Shown one piece after another: positions 62,559-64,000 of a DNA stretch of 64,000 nucleotides. Under the pieces are notes generated by a model that saw only the letters and a program-made list of their open reading frames with translations, searched no databases and was not told the origin of the DNA. The stretch is from Candidatus Salsuginivita brisbanensis (lineage in GTDB: Bacteria; Verrucomicrobiota; Verrucomicrobiia; Opitutales; Opitutaceae). The stretch's first letter is position 1. Each line of letters begins with the position of its first letter. The stretch spans positions 1,700-65,699 of the forward strand of contig JAYQOU010000002.1 of assembly GCA_038144975.1 (NCBI GenBank). Reading direction: 5' to 3'. The position numbers and the translations under genes were made by a program.

Positions 62559-63548
62559 TCAATCCTTCGCGGACCGCACATCGAGCGCGTCCCGTAATCC
62601 GTCGCCGAGGAAGTTGAACGATAGCAGGGTGAGGGCGAAGAGGCCGCCCGGGAAGACGAGCAGCCACCAGTATTCCTCCATGCGTTCGGAGCCGTCCTTG
62701 ATGAGCGTGCCCCAGGAGCTCATCGGCGCGTCCACGCCGAGCCCGAGGAAGCTGAGAAAGGATTCCAGCAGCATGACACCGGGTATCGTGAGCGTGGTGT
62801 ACACCGCGACGGGCCCGAGGATGTTGGGGATCAGGTGACGGAAGATGATGCGGCGTCGGCGGAATCCCATTGCGCGCGCGGCCTCGATGAACTCCATGCG
62901 CTTCACCGACTGGATCTGTCCGCGAACGATGCGAGCCATCGTGAGCCACTCGACTGCGCCGATCGCGGCGAAGAGCACAAGGATCTTCGCGGTGCCGCGC
63001 AGGTTCTCGAAGGGAGCCCAGCCGGCGAGCGTCATGCCGACCAGCCAGTTGTCGAAGCGCTGCATCGGCTCCCGCAGGAAGACCATCATGAGGATCACGA
63101 AGATCGTGAACGGCAGCGCGTACATGATGTCGACGAAGCGCATCATCGCCAGGTCGACCTTGCCGCCGAGGTAGCCGGAGACCGCTCCGTAGGTGACGCC
63201 AATGACGAGCGCCACAAACGACGCCACGAGCCCGACCAGCAGGGAGATCCGCCCACCAAACAGGACGCGGGCGAAAAGGTCGCGTCCCAGCACGTCGGTG
63301 CCGAACCAATGCCCCGGCCCGGGCCCGACGGCACCGAGCGCAAGGTTCTGGTCCTGATAGGAGAGGCCGAGCAGAGCGGGTGCGAAGGCGCAGGAGAGTC
63401 CGAGCACCGTGAGGACCGCGGCGCCGAACACTGCGAGACGGTTGCTCCGCAGCCGCAGCCAGGCGTCGTGCCAGGGTGACGAGCCCTTCTCGGGGGCTTC
63501 GTCGGCGGCTCCGAGCGGGGAACCTTCGGGTGCGGTTGCGGCCTGCAT
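62559..63548 (-). CDS. ABC transporter permease, OppC/DppC family
   Basis: BPD_transp_1 core with 'FIEAARAMGFRRRRIIFRHLIPN' (EAA loop). Confidence 0.88.
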   Translation of the reverse strand: MQAATAPEGSPLGAADEAPEKGSSPWHDAWLRLRSNRLAVFGAAVLTVLGLSCAFAPALLGLSYQDQNLALGAVGPGPGHWFGTDVLGRDLFARVLFGGRISLLVGLVASFVALVIGVTYGAVSGYLGGKVDLAMMRFVDIMYALPFTIFVILMMVFLREPMQRFDNWLVGMTLAGWAPFENLRGTAKILVLFAAIGAVEWLTMARIVRGQIQSVKRMEFIEAARAMGFRRRRIIFRHLIPNILGPVAVYTTLTIPGVMLLESFLSFLGLGVDAPMSSWGTLIKDGSERMEEYWWLLVFPGGLFALTLLSFNFLGDGLRDALDVRSAKD

Positions 63549-63549
63549 G

Positions 63550-64000
63550 CTATTCGAACTTGAGGCGCGGGTTGAGCCAGACCTGCACGATGTCGACCAC
63601 CAGGTTGAGGACGACGATGAGCGTCGCGTAGAGCAGCACGGTGCCGACCACGAGGGTGTAGTCGCGGTTGAAGGCGCTGTTGACGAATTCCCGACCGAGC
63701 CCGGGGATCTGGAAGATCGTCTCGATCACGAACGAGCCGGTGAGGATACCCGCGATCGCGGGGCCGAGGAAGGAGACGACGGGCAGGATGCCGCCGCGCA
63801 GCGCGTGGCGGAGCACGACGCGCGTCTCGCTGGCGCCCTTGGCGCGCGCGGTGCGGATGAAGTCCTGGCTGAGAATCTCGAGCATGCCGCCGCGGGTGAG
63901 CCGGGCGATATAGGCCGCATAGACAGACCCGAGGGTAAGCGCGGGGAGCACGCGGTCCGATGCCGTGTACCAGCCTGACGCGTTGAACCAGCCGAAATGG
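63550..64000 (-). CDS. ABC transporter permease, OppB/DppB family (5' end outside window)
   Basis: The reading frame stays open to nt 64000 ('HFGWFNASGWYTASDRV...'). It has the EAA loop 'FIRTARAKGASETRVVLRHALR'. Its stop codon lies 2 nt before the oppC-like start. Confidence 0.85.
   Translation of the reverse strand, partial: HFGWFNASGWYTASDRVLPALTLGSVYAAYIARLTRGGMLEILSQDFIRTARAKGASETRVVLRHALRGGILPVVSFLGPAIAGILTGSFVIETIFQIPGLGREFVNSAFNRDYTLVVGTVLLYATLIVVLNLVVDIVQVWLNPRLKFE

Overview
High-G+C (hand-counted coding lines about 68-73% G+C) bacterial chromosomal segment. It is probably from a Verrucomicrobiota/PVC-type genome; this is an inference from the Bat operon, a Minf_1886-like protein, a lipoprotein azurin and the style of the intergenic repeats. 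I support about 65 protein genes. I found no rRNA, tRNA, CRISPR array, transposase, integrase or recognisable defence genes. Gene blocks, in order: (1) 1-10.8 kb is a complete caa3-type cytochrome c oxidase locus: coxB(partial)-ctaD-ctaE-ctaF-ctaG, an azurin, DUF420, ctaB, ctaA, SCO, and a coupled tandem-domain protein. (2) lipA, lysS and lolCE/lolD. (3) Lipid A/LPS genes: a Gfo/Idh/MocA oxidoreductase, lpxB, gmhB, a heptose kinase, GT9, GT2, methyltransferases and msbA. (4) A Fur-like regulator, a ccsA-like gene and hemA. (5) Housekeeping genes: an M16 peptidase, nadK, tlyA, pepP, rlmJ, mogA, gluQ, LOG, trpS, plsC, cmk and aroA. (6) A five-gene MoxR-DUF58-vWA-vWA-BatD/TPR/SH3 (Bat-type) operon. 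(7) A four-gene islet of lower G+C at 60.3-62.5 kb. (8) opp/dpp permeases running off the 3' end. I did not find a convincing novel multi-gene protein system. The strongest unexplained signal is in the intergenic DNA. At least four families of palindromic repeats occupy almost every longer gene-end spacer. Two of these spacers are A/T-rich mosaics of 0.6-0.75 kb built from a ~195-bp hairpin unit.
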